IMG/VR virus record: IMGVR_UViG_3300025466_000012
Span: 32,001 to 96,000 of that record
Strand: one strand, 5' to 3'
DNA: 64,000 bases
DNA from: a virus
A program made the translations under genes and the position numbers. Position 1 is the first letter of the stretch. Every line of letters begins with the position of its first letter. The notes beneath the pieces are model-generated. The model saw only the letters and a program-made list of their open reading frames with translations, did no database searches and was not told the origin of the DNA. Positions 48,416 to 58,180 of this stretch are shown here, in pieces.

Positions 48416-49378
48416 TTGACTGTCACTTACCTGACTGCACTGCAACTGGATGCCGCAGCCGGTCTGTTGCAAAACACAGGCCTTGCAGCCAATGCGGCCC
48501 TGACCACGGCCATTGGCACCTACAACAGCACCGATCCAATCGGCAATCTGCTGAGTACCTTGGCCAATTCGACCTTGGCCAATCTTTCCAATGTGACCAT
48601 ACAAAGTCTCGAGAGCCTGGCCAGCAACACCTGTCCGGCCTTGGCTGACAGCTTGCCCACCGGCTACACCACTCTGACCGTGGATACCACCTTGTTTACT
48701 GGACTGCTGAGCAACACAGCTACATTGTACATGGGTCAAGGGGATCTTACCAAATTTGCACAGGCCCTGAGCCAGGCACAAAGCTATGTGGATCTGACTG
48801 CGATCTTTGTCAATTCGGCCATCAATAGCCAGACCTATCTGGGCAACACATTTACCAGCATGAACAATACCATCACGGGTGATATCACCACAGTGAACTT
48901 GGCCACTCAGGCTTTTGGTCAGGATCTGGCCAATCTGGGAGACTTGATTAACTTGAACGATCTGGGCAATTTTGGCAGTCCGCTGGGTCTGATACAACAG
49001 ATATACAGTGTGACTGGCGCCATACCCAGTGTCAGTATCATGTTTGTGGCAGTGGGTATACCAGTCAACGTGGTACTTGGTCTTGTTGACCCCACAATCA
49101 GTGTCACTGACAGCATACAACGCCTCATGTACACTGCCATGCAACAGATCACCGGCAACGACCTAGCACAGATACTGAGTGTGTTAAAAGTGACCACTTT
49201 GGGTATCACGACCATGGCTGATCTACTGAATCCGATCAAGTTGTTCCCCAACAGCTATGCCAGTCTCACTGTCCCGGCCAAGGGCCAGCCACGACCCATC
49301 TATGTCAACAGCACTGCCAGCGTGGATCGGGCCCTGATCAACGAATTGCCATCCTACATAATAAACAGCCTCGCATGA
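48416..49378 (+). CDS. Hypothetical virion protein
   Basis: Ala/Thr/Leu-rich; directly follows PAAR; TTG start. Confidence 0.55.
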   Translation: MTVTYLTALQLDAAAGLLQNTGLAANAALTTAIGTYNSTDPIGNLLSTLANSTLANLSNVTIQSLESLASNTCPALADSLPTGYTTLTVDTTLFTGLLSNTATLYMGQGDLTKFAQALSQAQSYVDLTAIFVNSAINSQTYLGNTFTSMNNTITGDITTVNLATQAFGQDLANLGDLINLNDLGNFGSPLGLIQQIYSVTGAIPSVSIMFVAVGIPVNVVLGLVDPTISVTDSIQRLMYTAMQQITGNDLAQILSVLKVTTLGITTMADLLNPIKLFPNSYASLTVPAKGQPRPIYVNSTASVDRALINELPSYIINSLA

Positions 49379-50325
49379 TACCCTACGATAGACTCAGCCA
49401 GATAGTACCAGCCGACCAGGCTCTGGCCTGCAAGGCCATCAGTGTGAGTCTGAACCAGATCGCCGGCATCACGACCATGACCTTGCCCAGCTTGGCCACT
49501 GTGGTCAGCGGCCAAGAGACCACTCGAGACTTGCCGTTAATTTCGGCCCTGACTGTGGCAGTACCGCCTGCGGTGGCCAATTATTTTACCAGCAACGTGG
49601 CTGTTGGAACAGGAACAGGAAACAGTATCGTGATCTGTGATGTTCTGGGCACCGCCAGCGGATTTGTCAGTGCCCCGGCTCTGGGCAATACCATATCTAG
49701 ATTCTCGACCATGGATCTTGCCAGTCTGACCACGATCTATTATACCATGGCGCAGGTGGCATCGGGCATTTGGACCACATTCGAACCGTTGAGTCCAACC
49801 GTCACGACCACCACTATCCCGGCAGGCTATCCGGCTGCCGGAACCTATGCCAGCCAAGACTTGGCCATACAGGCTCTGATACCCTTGGCCCAGGCCGAGA
49901 TTGCTGACCTGATCGTGCGATATCCCACGCAGACTTCGGCCATGAATACCGACTGGAACAACATGGCTACTCAGTTGACCTTGGAAAAACAGTTGCAGGC
50001 GCAAGCCGGACTGAATTTTGCCAATCTGGTGCCCAACAGTACCAGTTCCATGTACAGCTTTGTGTTCAACATGAACTCGTATGGAAATGATACACAGGTG
50101 GGTGGTCAAGCACAGCTGATCGAAGGTGTGGGCGATCTGACCACATTTACCGGTCAAGCCGTGATAGCTGCCATGCGAGAAGGTCGCAATCAGATTGGTT
50201 TGCAATCAGTGGGAATCACCACCAATGGTCCAATTCCGGCAGATCCAAATCCGCCTCCACTACAGGCCAATCTTATACCCAGCACCTACACAGCTCAACA
50301 AGCCGCAAATATAGTCGTTGTATAA
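49375..50325 (+). CDS. Hypothetical virion protein
   Basis: Composition similar to the upstream ORF; 4-nt overlap. Confidence 0.55.
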   Translation: MIPYDRLSQIVPADQALACKAISVSLNQIAGITTMTLPSLATVVSGQETTRDLPLISALTVAVPPAVANYFTSNVAVGTGTGNSIVICDVLGTASGFVSAPALGNTISRFSTMDLASLTTIYYTMAQVASGIWTTFEPLSPTVTTTTIPAGYPAAGTYASQDLAIQALIPLAQAEIADLIVRYPTQTSAMNTDWNNMATQLTLEKQLQAQAGLNFANLVPNSTSSMYSFVFNMNSYGNDTQVGGQAQLIEGVGDLTTFTGQAVIAAMREGRNQIGLQSVGITTNGPIPADPNPPPLQANLIPSTYTAQQAANIVVV

Positions 50326-50367
50326 AAACAACACTTTTCAAGCCCTGTTCGACGGGGTCAATTTTGG

Positions 50368-50396
50368 TTGACCAAAAACGCCCGTTCGGTTATAAT
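50368..50396 (+). promoter_or_regulatory. Sigma70-type early promoter (conserved cassette, copy 3)
   Basis: TTGACC, 17-nt spacer, TATAAT, then AGTAGTATAGT. Confidence 0.9.
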
Positions 50397-50425
50397 AGTA
50401 GTATAGTAAACGAACGGAGTCAAAC

Positions 50426-50647
50426 ATGGACCAAATGACTAAACAAATTGAAGGTTGGGGCGAAGTGGGTATAGACTCAGAAGCCAGCCCAGGCAATGGT
50501 CGATACTATGTCAAGTGCTATGTCAACGGCCACGACACAGTGGGATTTGACACTGAAGAGGAAGCTCTACTAGAGTTAGAGTTTATAATTCAAGGCCTTA
50601 AAGCATACTCCGATCCGGGCAGGCATACCCAATTACGTTTTGGTTGA
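50426..50647 (+). CDS. Small early protein homologous to the duplicated cassette in the 9591 polyprotein
   Basis: 24 of 40 residues identical, without gaps, starting at GEVGID. Confidence 0.75.
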   Translation: MDQMTKQIEGWGEVGIDSEASPGNGRYYVKCYVNGHDTVGFDTEEEALLELEFIIQGLKAYSDPGRHTQLRFG

Positions 50648-50672
50648 CCAAAAATGCCATTTCGGTTATAAT
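50644..50672 (+). promoter_or_regulatory. Sigma70-type early promoter (conserved cassette, copy 4)
   Basis: TTGACC, 17-nt spacer, TATAAT, then AGTAGTATAGT. Confidence 0.9.
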
Positions 50673-50703
50673 AGTAGTATAGTTAAATTTTTAAGGAGCC
50701 CAA

Positions 50704-50925
50704 ATGTTTAATGCAAAACAAACCCAATTGATGAATACCTTGGGTATTGTAAGCGACGCAGATCGCGAGCGCATGTACGAAAATTACTGCGAAATCAAGT
50801 TCGAATTACAGGCCAACGGTATGAGATCATACAGTTCTTTCACCAGTTTCCTTGAGAAAAAAGTGCAATTTGCCCTGATGCGTGCCCGTGAAAATGCCGA
50901 TAAAACCCTGGCACAGCTGGCCTAA
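50704..50925 (+). CDS. Small early hypothetical protein
   Basis: AAGGAG RBS; has its own promoter. Confidence 0.7.
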   Translation: MFNAKQTQLMNTLGIVSDADRERMYENYCEIKFELQANGMRSYSSFTSFLEKKVQFALMRARENADKTLAQLA

Positions 50926-50931
50926 AAACGG

Positions 50932-50960
50932 TTGACCCAAAATGACCCGTTTGTTATAAT
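50932..50960 (+). promoter_or_regulatory. Sigma70-type early promoter (conserved cassette, copy 5)
   Basis: TTGACC, 17-nt spacer, TATAAT, then AGTAGTATAGT. Confidence 0.9.
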
Positions 50961-50989
50961 AGTAGTATAGTCGATAACAAGGAGCTGAA

Positions 50990-51220
50990 ATGACAACAGT
51001 ACAATACAAAGTGGGCGATGATGTTAGCCACGGTATCGGTGGCGATCGCTATTACGATGGTAAAATTACTCGTATGACCAAGCGATTTATTTTCACCGAT
51101 TCCGGTCGTCGATACACTCGCAAAGAGGACAAAAATGGTCGTGTTTATTACACGCAGACCGGTTGCAAGTACTGTTATTTGATTCCGGGCAAACACGACT
51201 ACATGGACCCACATTTCTAA
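50990..51220 (+). CDS. Small early hypothetical protein
   Basis: AAGGAG RBS; has its own promoter. Confidence 0.7.
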   Translation: MTTVQYKVGDDVSHGIGGDRYYDGKITRMTKRFIFTDSGRRYTRKEDKNGRVYYTQTGCKYCYLIPGKHDYMDPHF

Positions 51221-51232
51221 TAGGAGAACAAC

Positions 51233-51649
51233 ATGGGAACAAGATCACTTACTTTTGTGTATGAAGAAGCATTTAATCCCGGCGACGAACCACAGCCGAT
51301 CATAAATCTTTATCGTCAGTATGACGGTTATCCTACAGGACACGGCGCAGAGCTGGCTGAATTCTTATCAACGGTCAAGAGCAATGGTATGTCGTGTTTG
51401 GCAGCTCAGTTGGTAGCTAACTTTAAAGACGGACCAGGTCAGTTCTATCTTTATCCAGTTACTGCCAAAGACTGCGGACAGGACTATGAGTATCACATCT
51501 ACCAGCAACAAGATACATTCCGCGTAGTGGTGGGAAATAAAGGCTGTAATATGTTTGGGCTCATCATGAGCGACAAGAACGACTATATCTTTGACGGCAA
51601 TGTCAAAGAATTTGTAAATTTCTGTACAAAGAAAGAGGAGATTGAATAA
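51233..51649 (+). CDS. Early hypothetical protein
   Basis: MGTRS...LYRQYDGYP..HG motif; AGGAG RBS. Confidence 0.7.
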   Translation: MGTRSLTFVYEEAFNPGDEPQPIINLYRQYDGYPTGHGAELAEFLSTVKSNGMSCLAAQLVANFKDGPGQFYLYPVTAKDCGQDYEYHIYQQQDTFRVVVGNKGCNMFGLIMSDKNDYIFDGNVKEFVNFCTKKEEIE

Positions 51650-51831
51650 TGGAATTCAATAAACGAATCAACTTGGTCAAGTACACTTTGACCCCAGATC
51701 AGATCATGTCGTGGGTAGGTGGGTTACATGACATACAAGCCGACATGATCGAAGAGGCCCTGGAGGACAAAGGCTTCCTGGGCTACCCAGAAGCAAACCA
51801 AATTATCAATCACATACGAGGACTGAAATAA
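51649..51831 (+). CDS. Small hypothetical protein
   Basis: TAATG coupling; AGGAG RBS. Confidence 0.6.
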   Translation: MEFNKRINLVKYTLTPDQIMSWVGGLHDIQADMIEEALEDKGFLGYPEANQIINHIRGLK

Positions 51832-52259
51832 TGGGATTAGACATGTATGCTTACAGTTCCGCTCGTGCTGGGCAATACACAGAATTTTGGCAGTCAGCCG
51901 AATTGCAGGATGATAAAGAGTTTACCAGTACAGTGGTATCTCAACCTGTAGAAATAGCCTACTGGCGCAAGCATCCTAATCTACATGGCTGGATGGAACG
52001 GCTTTGGTATCACCGCTGTCGAGAATCCGGGCAGAATATTGATGAGGACAGCTTCAATGGTATTGAACTGGAACTGACCAGAGAAGACCTTGACAATCTG
52101 GAGCATGATGTAACCAACAATCTGCTACCTGGCACCACTGGATTCTTTTTTGGCAGTGACAGTGACGATTACTATCGTGAAAAAGATCTAGCGTTCGTAC
52201 GGCGTGCCCGTGCCGACTTGTTTTTAGGTCTGCGTGTATTTTACAACTCCAGCTGGTAG
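51831..52259 (+). CDS. Hypothetical protein
   Basis: MGLDMY...YWRKHPNLHGWM motif; translationally coupled start. Confidence 0.7.
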   Translation: MGLDMYAYSSARAGQYTEFWQSAELQDDKEFTSTVVSQPVEIAYWRKHPNLHGWMERLWYHRCRESGQNIDEDSFNGIELELTREDLDNLEHDVTNNLLPGTTGFFFGSDSDDYYREKDLAFVRRARADLFLGLRVFYNSSW

Positions 52260-52266
52260 TAAATAT

Positions 52267-53649
52267 ATGACAACTATAGATTATGGATCAGAACAATTCA
52301 ACAGGATCAAAGTGGCCGCAGACTGGATCAGAGACCTAGAAGACAACGACAGCCGCAAGCACAAAGAGCTTGTGATTGAACGGGCCCTGGTAGCTGCTCA
52401 GTTGGGCTCGGCCAATGCCCAATGTTTCTTGTTCAACTGCTATCAGGCCTACAATCCCTACTATGTGTTTGGTGTCAAGAAAGTTCTAGAAACCAAAGGC
52501 TTAGAAAACAGACCCAATCCTTGGCCCAAGTTCTGGGCCATGCTAGAAGGTTTACGCACTCGTAGTCTTACCGGACACAATGCCAAGACCGCTATCGAAT
52601 CGATGAGTGAACAGTTTGACAGCATAGAATGGAACAACCTATGCCGTAGGGTCATCATCAAGGACCTGCGCTGTGGTATCACAGAAAAGACCTTGAACAA
52701 GGTGTTGGGTAATACGGAATGGAAAATTCCTACATTTACTTGTCAACTGGCAACAGATTCAAACGATCATCAAAGCAAAATGACCGGCACCAAGCGAATT
52801 GAATGCAAGCTAGATGGTGTGCGTGTGTTGGCAGTGATAACCAAAAACACCATAAATCTCTACAGCCGCAATGGCAAAAGATTTGACAATTTTCCACAGA
52901 TTGAAGCTGAACTTGAAAGTATCAGACCACAGCTGAACATACATCTGGGCAAGCTGGATGGCAGTGGTATAGTGTTGGATGGTGAAATTGTGGGCGAAAG
53001 TTTCCAGGCCTTGATGAAACAGGCACAACGTAAAACCAATGTGGAAACCAAGGACATGACCTACTATGTGTTTGACTGGATTCCTATCGCTGATTTTGAA
53101 CGTGGTTATTGGAACGCTCAACAACACAAACGCACCAATCTGTTAGAATCAAAAAAAGAAATATTCGAATCTACCCGGTCGGTCCGAATCATGCCTGGTA
53201 TGGATGTGGATTTAGACACAGCCGAAGGACACGATGTCATGCGCAGGTTTGCTACAGACGCTGTTGCGGCCGGTTATGAAGGTATCATGATCAAAGATGT
53301 CAATGCTCCATATGAATGCAAGCGGTCGACATTCTGGATGAAATGGAAACCGGTCATGACAGTGGATTTGAATATAGTGGGTTTTGAAGAAGGTACCGGT
53401 CGCAATCGTGGACGCCTGGGTGCTATAATATGTGAAGGAGTAGATGATGATCGTAATATTCGTGTCAATGTGGGCAGTGGTCTTTCCGACGCTGATCGCG
53501 ATCAATATTGGACCGCCCGAGATGACCTGCTTGGTCGAGTGGTTGAAGTGGCAGCAGATGCCGTCACCCAAAATCAAGATGGCTCTTACAGTTTGAGATT
53601 TCCTCGATTTGTGAGATTCAGAGGATTTGAAGCCGGAGAGAAATTGTGA
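52267..53649 (+). CDS. lig: ATP-dependent DNA ligase
   Basis: KLDGVR adenylation motif; LDGE, YYVFD, EGIMIK, WMKWKP and SLRFPRF motifs. Confidence 0.95.
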   Translation: MTTIDYGSEQFNRIKVAADWIRDLEDNDSRKHKELVIERALVAAQLGSANAQCFLFNCYQAYNPYYVFGVKKVLETKGLENRPNPWPKFWAMLEGLRTRSLTGHNAKTAIESMSEQFDSIEWNNLCRRVIIKDLRCGITEKTLNKVLGNTEWKIPTFTCQLATDSNDHQSKMTGTKRIECKLDGVRVLAVITKNTINLYSRNGKRFDNFPQIEAELESIRPQLNIHLGKLDGSGIVLDGEIVGESFQALMKQAQRKTNVETKDMTYYVFDWIPIADFERGYWNAQQHKRTNLLESKKEIFESTRSVRIMPGMDVDLDTAEGHDVMRRFATDAVAAGYEGIMIKDVNAPYECKRSTFWMKWKPVMTVDLNIVGFEEGTGRNRGRLGAIICEGVDDDRNIRVNVGSGLSDADRDQYWTARDDLLGRVVEVAADAVTQNQDGSYSLRFPRFVRFRGFEAGEKL

Positions 53650-53837
53650 ACTTTGGGGATCGAGATGGATTTGATGAATATACAGTGACATTCGTTTGCG
53701 GCGGAGACGAGATGCTCCGAATCACTCGAACAGGTTTTTATGTACGTGGACAAAGGCTCGAACAGGATGACTGTGAAGCTGAACAAGTGTATAATAGTTT
53801 TACGCAATGGCTGGCGTGGCAACAACTTCAACGATAG
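53646..53837 (+). CDS. Small hypothetical protein
   Basis: GTGA overlap with the ligase stop codon. Confidence 0.5.
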   Translation: MNFGDRDGFDEYTVTFVCGGDEMLRITRTGFYVRGQRLEQDDCEAEQVYNSFTQWLAWQQLQR

Positions 53838-54733
53838 GAGAATCAAATGAAAACTCAAACACAGAATCTTGCGTGGTTGCCGGATAAAAAATATTATGAG
53901 TATGCCTATCATAAGTTTTTTAATCCTGAAGTCAGCTATGCCGATTGGACGCCCTGGAACGAGTGGAATTATCCTGATAGAGATCTATTGAGATTTGATC
54001 ATATCATAGGACAGCAAATTGCTCACATACATAACAAGCGTGTGTTGGATGTGGCCTGCCATTTGGGATATTTGAGTTTGTTTTGTTTGCACAACGGTGC
54101 CGCGCAGGTGACTGGTACAAACATAAGAGACAGAGAACTGTCGATTGCAAGAGAAATAGTCCAGTTGGCCGGTTATACCAATTGTGAATTCGTAAACTCA
54201 AATATCTACAACATTGAAGAATTTTACAAATTGTGCGATGCACATGATACCATATTACTAAGTGGTATATTATATCATGTAAACAATCATTACCAACTGT
54301 TGAAAACCATAGCAGACTCATCAGCACAGACCTTGATATTAGAATCCAGTATCGAGCATGCGATCGATATTGCAGAGTATCCAATCGTCAACTGGCGCAT
54401 GGAAAATACTGACAGTCCAACTTCTGGTTTTGAAGACACCCAATCAACTACCTTTGTTGGAATACCAAATCACAAATGGATTGAACAGAGTTTGAAACAG
54501 CTTGGTTTCAAACTGACTTACAATGAAATAATTGAATTCAATACTCCAGTTGGCAGGCGTACCAAACGATGTATCTTGGTTGGTCAAAAAATTTAACTTA
54601 TACGAAAGTGAGCATGTGACATAACAAAAGTAGAGGAAAAACAACAATTGATCGAAACACTAAAATTTACTACACTTACAAAATATCAATGTGGGCGTGG
54701 TAGCAACACCTTAACCGATAGGAGAATCAAATG
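53832..54733 (+). repeat. 18-bp direct repeat flanking a methyltransferase cassette
   Basis: CGATAGGAGAATCAAATG at 53832-53849 and at 54716-54733. Confidence 0.85.
53847..54596 (+). CDS. Class I SAM-dependent methyltransferase
   Basis: VLDVACHLG motif I; GILYH; LILES; AT-rich. Confidence 0.8.
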   Translation: MKTQTQNLAWLPDKKYYEYAYHKFFNPEVSYADWTPWNEWNYPDRDLLRFDHIIGQQIAHIHNKRVLDVACHLGYLSLFCLHNGAAQVTGTNIRDRELSIAREIVQLAGYTNCEFVNSNIYNIEEFYKLCDAHDTILLSGILYHVNNHYQLLKTIADSSAQTLILESSIEHAIDIAEYPIVNWRMENTDSPTSGFEDTQSTTFVGIPNHKWIEQSLKQLGFKLTYNEIIEFNTPVGRRTKRCILVGQKI

Positions 54734-54925
54734 GCATCAACGTTAACAAAATTGACCAAGGTAAATGAATCAATTACCCTCAATCGCTATGACAACGGCT
54801 TCATGGTCGAAATCGGCGGCCGAGACAAGAAAGAAGATTGGAAAACTGCCAAGATCATGTGTAGCACCGAAGAAGAAATGATCGCTGTGATCCGAGAGTG
54901 GAATTCAATGGACGTGGACAATTAA
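54731..54925 (+). CDS. Small hypothetical protein
   Basis: AGGAG RBS; 64 aa. Confidence 0.7.
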   Translation: MASTLTKLTKVNESITLNRYDNGFMVEIGGRDKKEDWKTAKIMCSTEEEMIAVIREWNSMDVDN

Positions 54926-54927
54926 TC

Positions 54928-55437
54928 ATGGCCACATGGACTATCAAAACCTATCATAAAAAAAACTGCCAAGAAGTTGAACACTGGAGTCAAGACAACG
55001 GAGATGGTCGGATCACAGTCACCAACGGTTATCGTTACGGTGAGTGGACTGTGGAAACCACTGATGACAATCCTCCAGAATTCGAATTTACAGAAGTACC
55101 CGGCGGCAATGGCAAACGAGACAGCATCGACATGTACAACTGCCAAGGCTCCAACATAGAAAGCGTAGATCTTGTCGAAATGTTCGACGGTGGATGTTGG
55201 TATGACGTGGAAATCGAAGGGCTGGATGACGAGGCCGAAGAAGAAATCCAGGAATTCCTTGATGAAAACAGTACCTGGGATCTCGAAGATCGCGAACAAG
55301 ATCCTTGGCACCATAGCGACACTGAATGCTGGGTCTGGGGCCCGATCGAGATCTCTAACACAGTGTCTGGTGAACGTGTACGCATTATTTGTGCTGATGC
55401 GGATGGCAACGTGGTAGATTTCAAAGAGGAAGATTGA
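54928..55437 (+). CDS. Acidic hypothetical protein
   Basis: Intact ORF; ATG follows the previous stop codon. Confidence 0.65.
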   Translation: MATWTIKTYHKKNCQEVEHWSQDNGDGRITVTNGYRYGEWTVETTDDNPPEFEFTEVPGGNGKRDSIDMYNCQGSNIESVDLVEMFDGGCWYDVEIEGLDDEAEEEIQEFLDENSTWDLEDREQDPWHHSDTECWVWGPIEISNTVSGERVRIICADADGNVVDFKEED

Positions 55438-55438
55438 T

Positions 55439-56086
55439 TTGGTTAAAAAAAATGCATTTTGGACCTGGTTTGAACAAGAAGCCGAGCCCAACCTGGCGCA
55501 TCGAGCCAGCACATTTAGGCAGATGTTTGAATATCTGGATCAGCAATCGGGTCCGATTTGTATTATAGAAACCGGGTGTGCCAGAGCAGCCGGTAATTGG
55601 GCCGGTGATGGACAAAGCACTGTGTTGTTTGATAGATACGTGACCGAACGTGGTACAGACAGCCAAGTGATCACTGTGGACCTGAGCGAACAATCGGTAG
55701 TGGCCTGTAGGCTTTTGGTAGGTGATCAAACCACAGTGGCACAGGCCGACAGCGTGCGTTATCTGGACCACCTGGTGCGTACTGCCGATGGCCTCCACCC
55801 CAATTTGGTCTATCTTGACAGCTACGATCTAGATTGGGATTACTGGTTCCCCAGTGCTGCACACTGTCTCAAGGAATTCTCGGCCATACATCCTTTGCTC
55901 AAACCCAACACACTGACAGTGACAGACGACAGTCCTGCAGTCACGCACATCATGGAATCCGGAGAACGCACAATAATATCCGGCGCCAAGCCAGCCGGCA
56001 AAGGTCGCTTGTTGGCCGAGTATGCACAACAGGTTGGTATTGAACCCTTGTTTGCACAGTATCAAATAGGATGGATCGGACTTTGA
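55439..56086 (+). CDS. Methyltransferase-like protein
   Basis: IIETGC, DSV.YL, LVYLDS and DD motifs, typical of small class I O-methyltransferase-like proteins. Confidence 0.6.
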   Translation: MVKKNAFWTWFEQEAEPNLAHRASTFRQMFEYLDQQSGPICIIETGCARAAGNWAGDGQSTVLFDRYVTERGTDSQVITVDLSEQSVVACRLLVGDQTTVAQADSVRYLDHLVRTADGLHPNLVYLDSYDLDWDYWFPSAAHCLKEFSAIHPLLKPNTLTVTDDSPAVTHIMESGERTIISGAKPAGKGRLLAEYAQQVGIEPLFAQYQIGWIGL

Positions 56087-56625
56087 ACCAGTGCTCGGTC
56101 TGCAACTGTGACTACACCGATGATGAAGGTGGCATAGACGGCCACTTTGGCATGTTGCCAGTGAGTTTCTGCCCTACCTGCTTCAGTTGCATGTGCGACA
56201 TGGCCGGCCAGTTTATGGATCAAGAACATCCTGAACACGATGAACTGATCGAACATCTCAAAGGTGTACGCTACATTGTGATAAATGGAAATTATGGAGG
56301 GTTTGGTCTCAGCCGAGCCGCCGAACTGGCCTATCTAGATCGCACCGGAACAGTTTACACATTAGTAGATCGTGAAGATCGTGCTTCAACCATTCAACAA
56401 GGGCAACGTATCATGATCAACGGACGATATTGGAGCAGTCAAGCTATTGAAGCTATTGAACGCGATGATCCGGTACTAGTCAGCGTGGTGCGTGAAATGG
56501 GACCAGCGGCCAATGGCGAACATGCAGATTTGGCCATAGTACAAATTCCGGCCAACATTGAGTGGCAGATACAAGAATACGATGGTCGCGAATGGGTGGC
56601 TGAAAAACATCGCATCTGGAAATAA
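56071..56625 (+). CDS. Hypothetical protein with a Cys-rich N-terminus (start uncertain)
   Basis: CSVC...CPTCFSC; INGNYGGFGLS; EYDGREW. Confidence 0.6.
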   Translation: MDRTLNQCSVCNCDYTDDEGGIDGHFGMLPVSFCPTCFSCMCDMAGQFMDQEHPEHDELIEHLKGVRYIVINGNYGGFGLSRAAELAYLDRTGTVYTLVDREDRASTIQQGQRIMINGRYWSSQAIEAIERDDPVLVSVVREMGPAANGEHADLAIVQIPANIEWQIQEYDGREWVAEKHRIWK

Positions 56626-56643
56626 AAAAAGGTTAAATACACC

Positions 56644-58176
56644 ATGATATTTGGATCTGTTATTCTCGCCACCGCATTGTTGCTCAGTACTGTGGCTGCT
56701 TACTACTCAATCATGGGACTCACGGCCATATTTGCTGCGGCCGTGCTACCGGTCATGATCATGGGTGCCATCCTGGAACTGGGCAAGGTCGTGACCACAG
56801 TATGGTTGCACAACAACTGGTCTAGAGCCAGTTGGGTATTCAAGACCTACATGATTCCGGCTGTGTTCTTTTTGATGCTGTTGACCAGCATGGGCATTTT
56901 TGGACTACTGTCAAAAGCTCATTCGGATCAAAGCCTAGTATCAGGTGACGTCGCAGCCAAGATTGCCATATACGATGAAAAAATTCAAACTGAAAAGGAC
57001 AACATAGATGCAGATCGCAAGGCTCTCAAGCAAATGGATGAGGCTGTGGACCAAGTTATGGCACGCTCAACTTCGGAAGAAGGGGCAAGTAGATCCGGTG
57101 CAATTCGCCGAGGCCAGCAGAAAGAACGTGCTCGCCTCGCTCAGGACATTACAGCGAGTCAGCAGAGGATCGCCTCTCTCAACGAGGAGCGGGCACCTAT
57201 TGCCGCAGAAGTTAGGAAAGTGGAAGCGGAGGTCGGACCGATAAAGTATATAGCGGCCCTGCTGTACGGTGATAATCCTGACAGCAATGTGCTGGAACGT
57301 GCAGTGCGCTGGGTGATCATTTTGATCGTGTTGGTTTTTGATCCCTTGGCCCTGTGCCTGATCTTGGCCGCCAACAAGCAGTTTGAATGGGCTCGACAAG
57401 GCACAGGAGGATTCGTCCACGACACATCCGCCTATCCACCCAACGATGGACCCCTCACAGACAAACAGATCGAACAGCTACGACAACACAGCAAACAACA
57501 ACAGCCCACTGGCCCGGTCCGAGCCAAACAAACCCTATTTCAAGATTTTGAAGCAGTTCGAGAACCCAACAGCGACTGGATACAGACTGGTCCAGTCTTT
57601 GAGTACCATGATGACCATCCCGAATATGAATGGGATGATACACTCGATACCGATGTGGGTGAAAAGCCAACAGAGGAAGAAAAAGCCGCATACGAACAGT
57701 TTGTAGAGACCCGGAACGCTGGCAAATATCCAGAATCAGATTTACCAGAACCAGTGCAGGCTGAAGTGGCCTCGGCCGGTGGCGAGTACGTGGAAGTCAA
57801 CGGCAAACGGATGCACCACAAGGCCTTTGACCCGGCCAGTATCGATGCTGGCCATGCAGTGGAACGACAGCGTGCAGCCCGCCTACAAGCTGACAACGAG
57901 CCCGTCACACAGGCCACACAGGCCGGGTTTGGTACAGACTTTCCGTCTGATCCCAGCAAAGGTGATACCTTTGTGCGAGTAGATCGATTGCCCAGTACTT
58001 TGTACAAGTACAACGGTCGTGAATGGATCAACGTGGACAAAGAAACCAGCAACAGCTACCTTTACCAAGACAACTACCTGGACTATCTGATAGCTCGTAT
58101 CGATTCGGGCGAGTATGATCCTGAACTTTTGAGCGACACCGAGCGTGAAGCCATAGCAAGACGACTAGATATCTGA
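56644..58176 (+). CDS. Multi-pass membrane protein with coiled-coil and acidic regions
   Basis: Three or four N-terminal hydrophobic helices, a long coiled coil, another TM helix; TTAAATA upstream. Confidence 0.7.
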   Translation: MIFGSVILATALLLSTVAAYYSIMGLTAIFAAAVLPVMIMGAILELGKVVTTVWLHNNWSRASWVFKTYMIPAVFFLMLLTSMGIFGLLSKAHSDQSLVSGDVAAKIAIYDEKIQTEKDNIDADRKALKQMDEAVDQVMARSTSEEGASRSGAIRRGQQKERARLAQDITASQQRIASLNEERAPIAAEVRKVEAEVGPIKYIAALLYGDNPDSNVLERAVRWVIILIVLVFDPLALCLILAANKQFEWARQGTGGFVHDTSAYPPNDGPLTDKQIEQLRQHSKQQQPTGPVRAKQTLFQDFEAVREPNSDWIQTGPVFEYHDDHPEYEWDDTLDTDVGEKPTEEEKAAYEQFVETRNAGKYPESDLPEPVQAEVASAGGEYVEVNGKRMHHKAFDPASIDAGHAVERQRAARLQADNEPVTQATQAGFGTDFPSDPSKGDTFVRVDRLPSTLYKYNGREWINVDKETSNSYLYQDNYLDYLIARIDSGEYDPELLSDTEREAIARRLDI

Positions 58177-58180
58177 CTGT

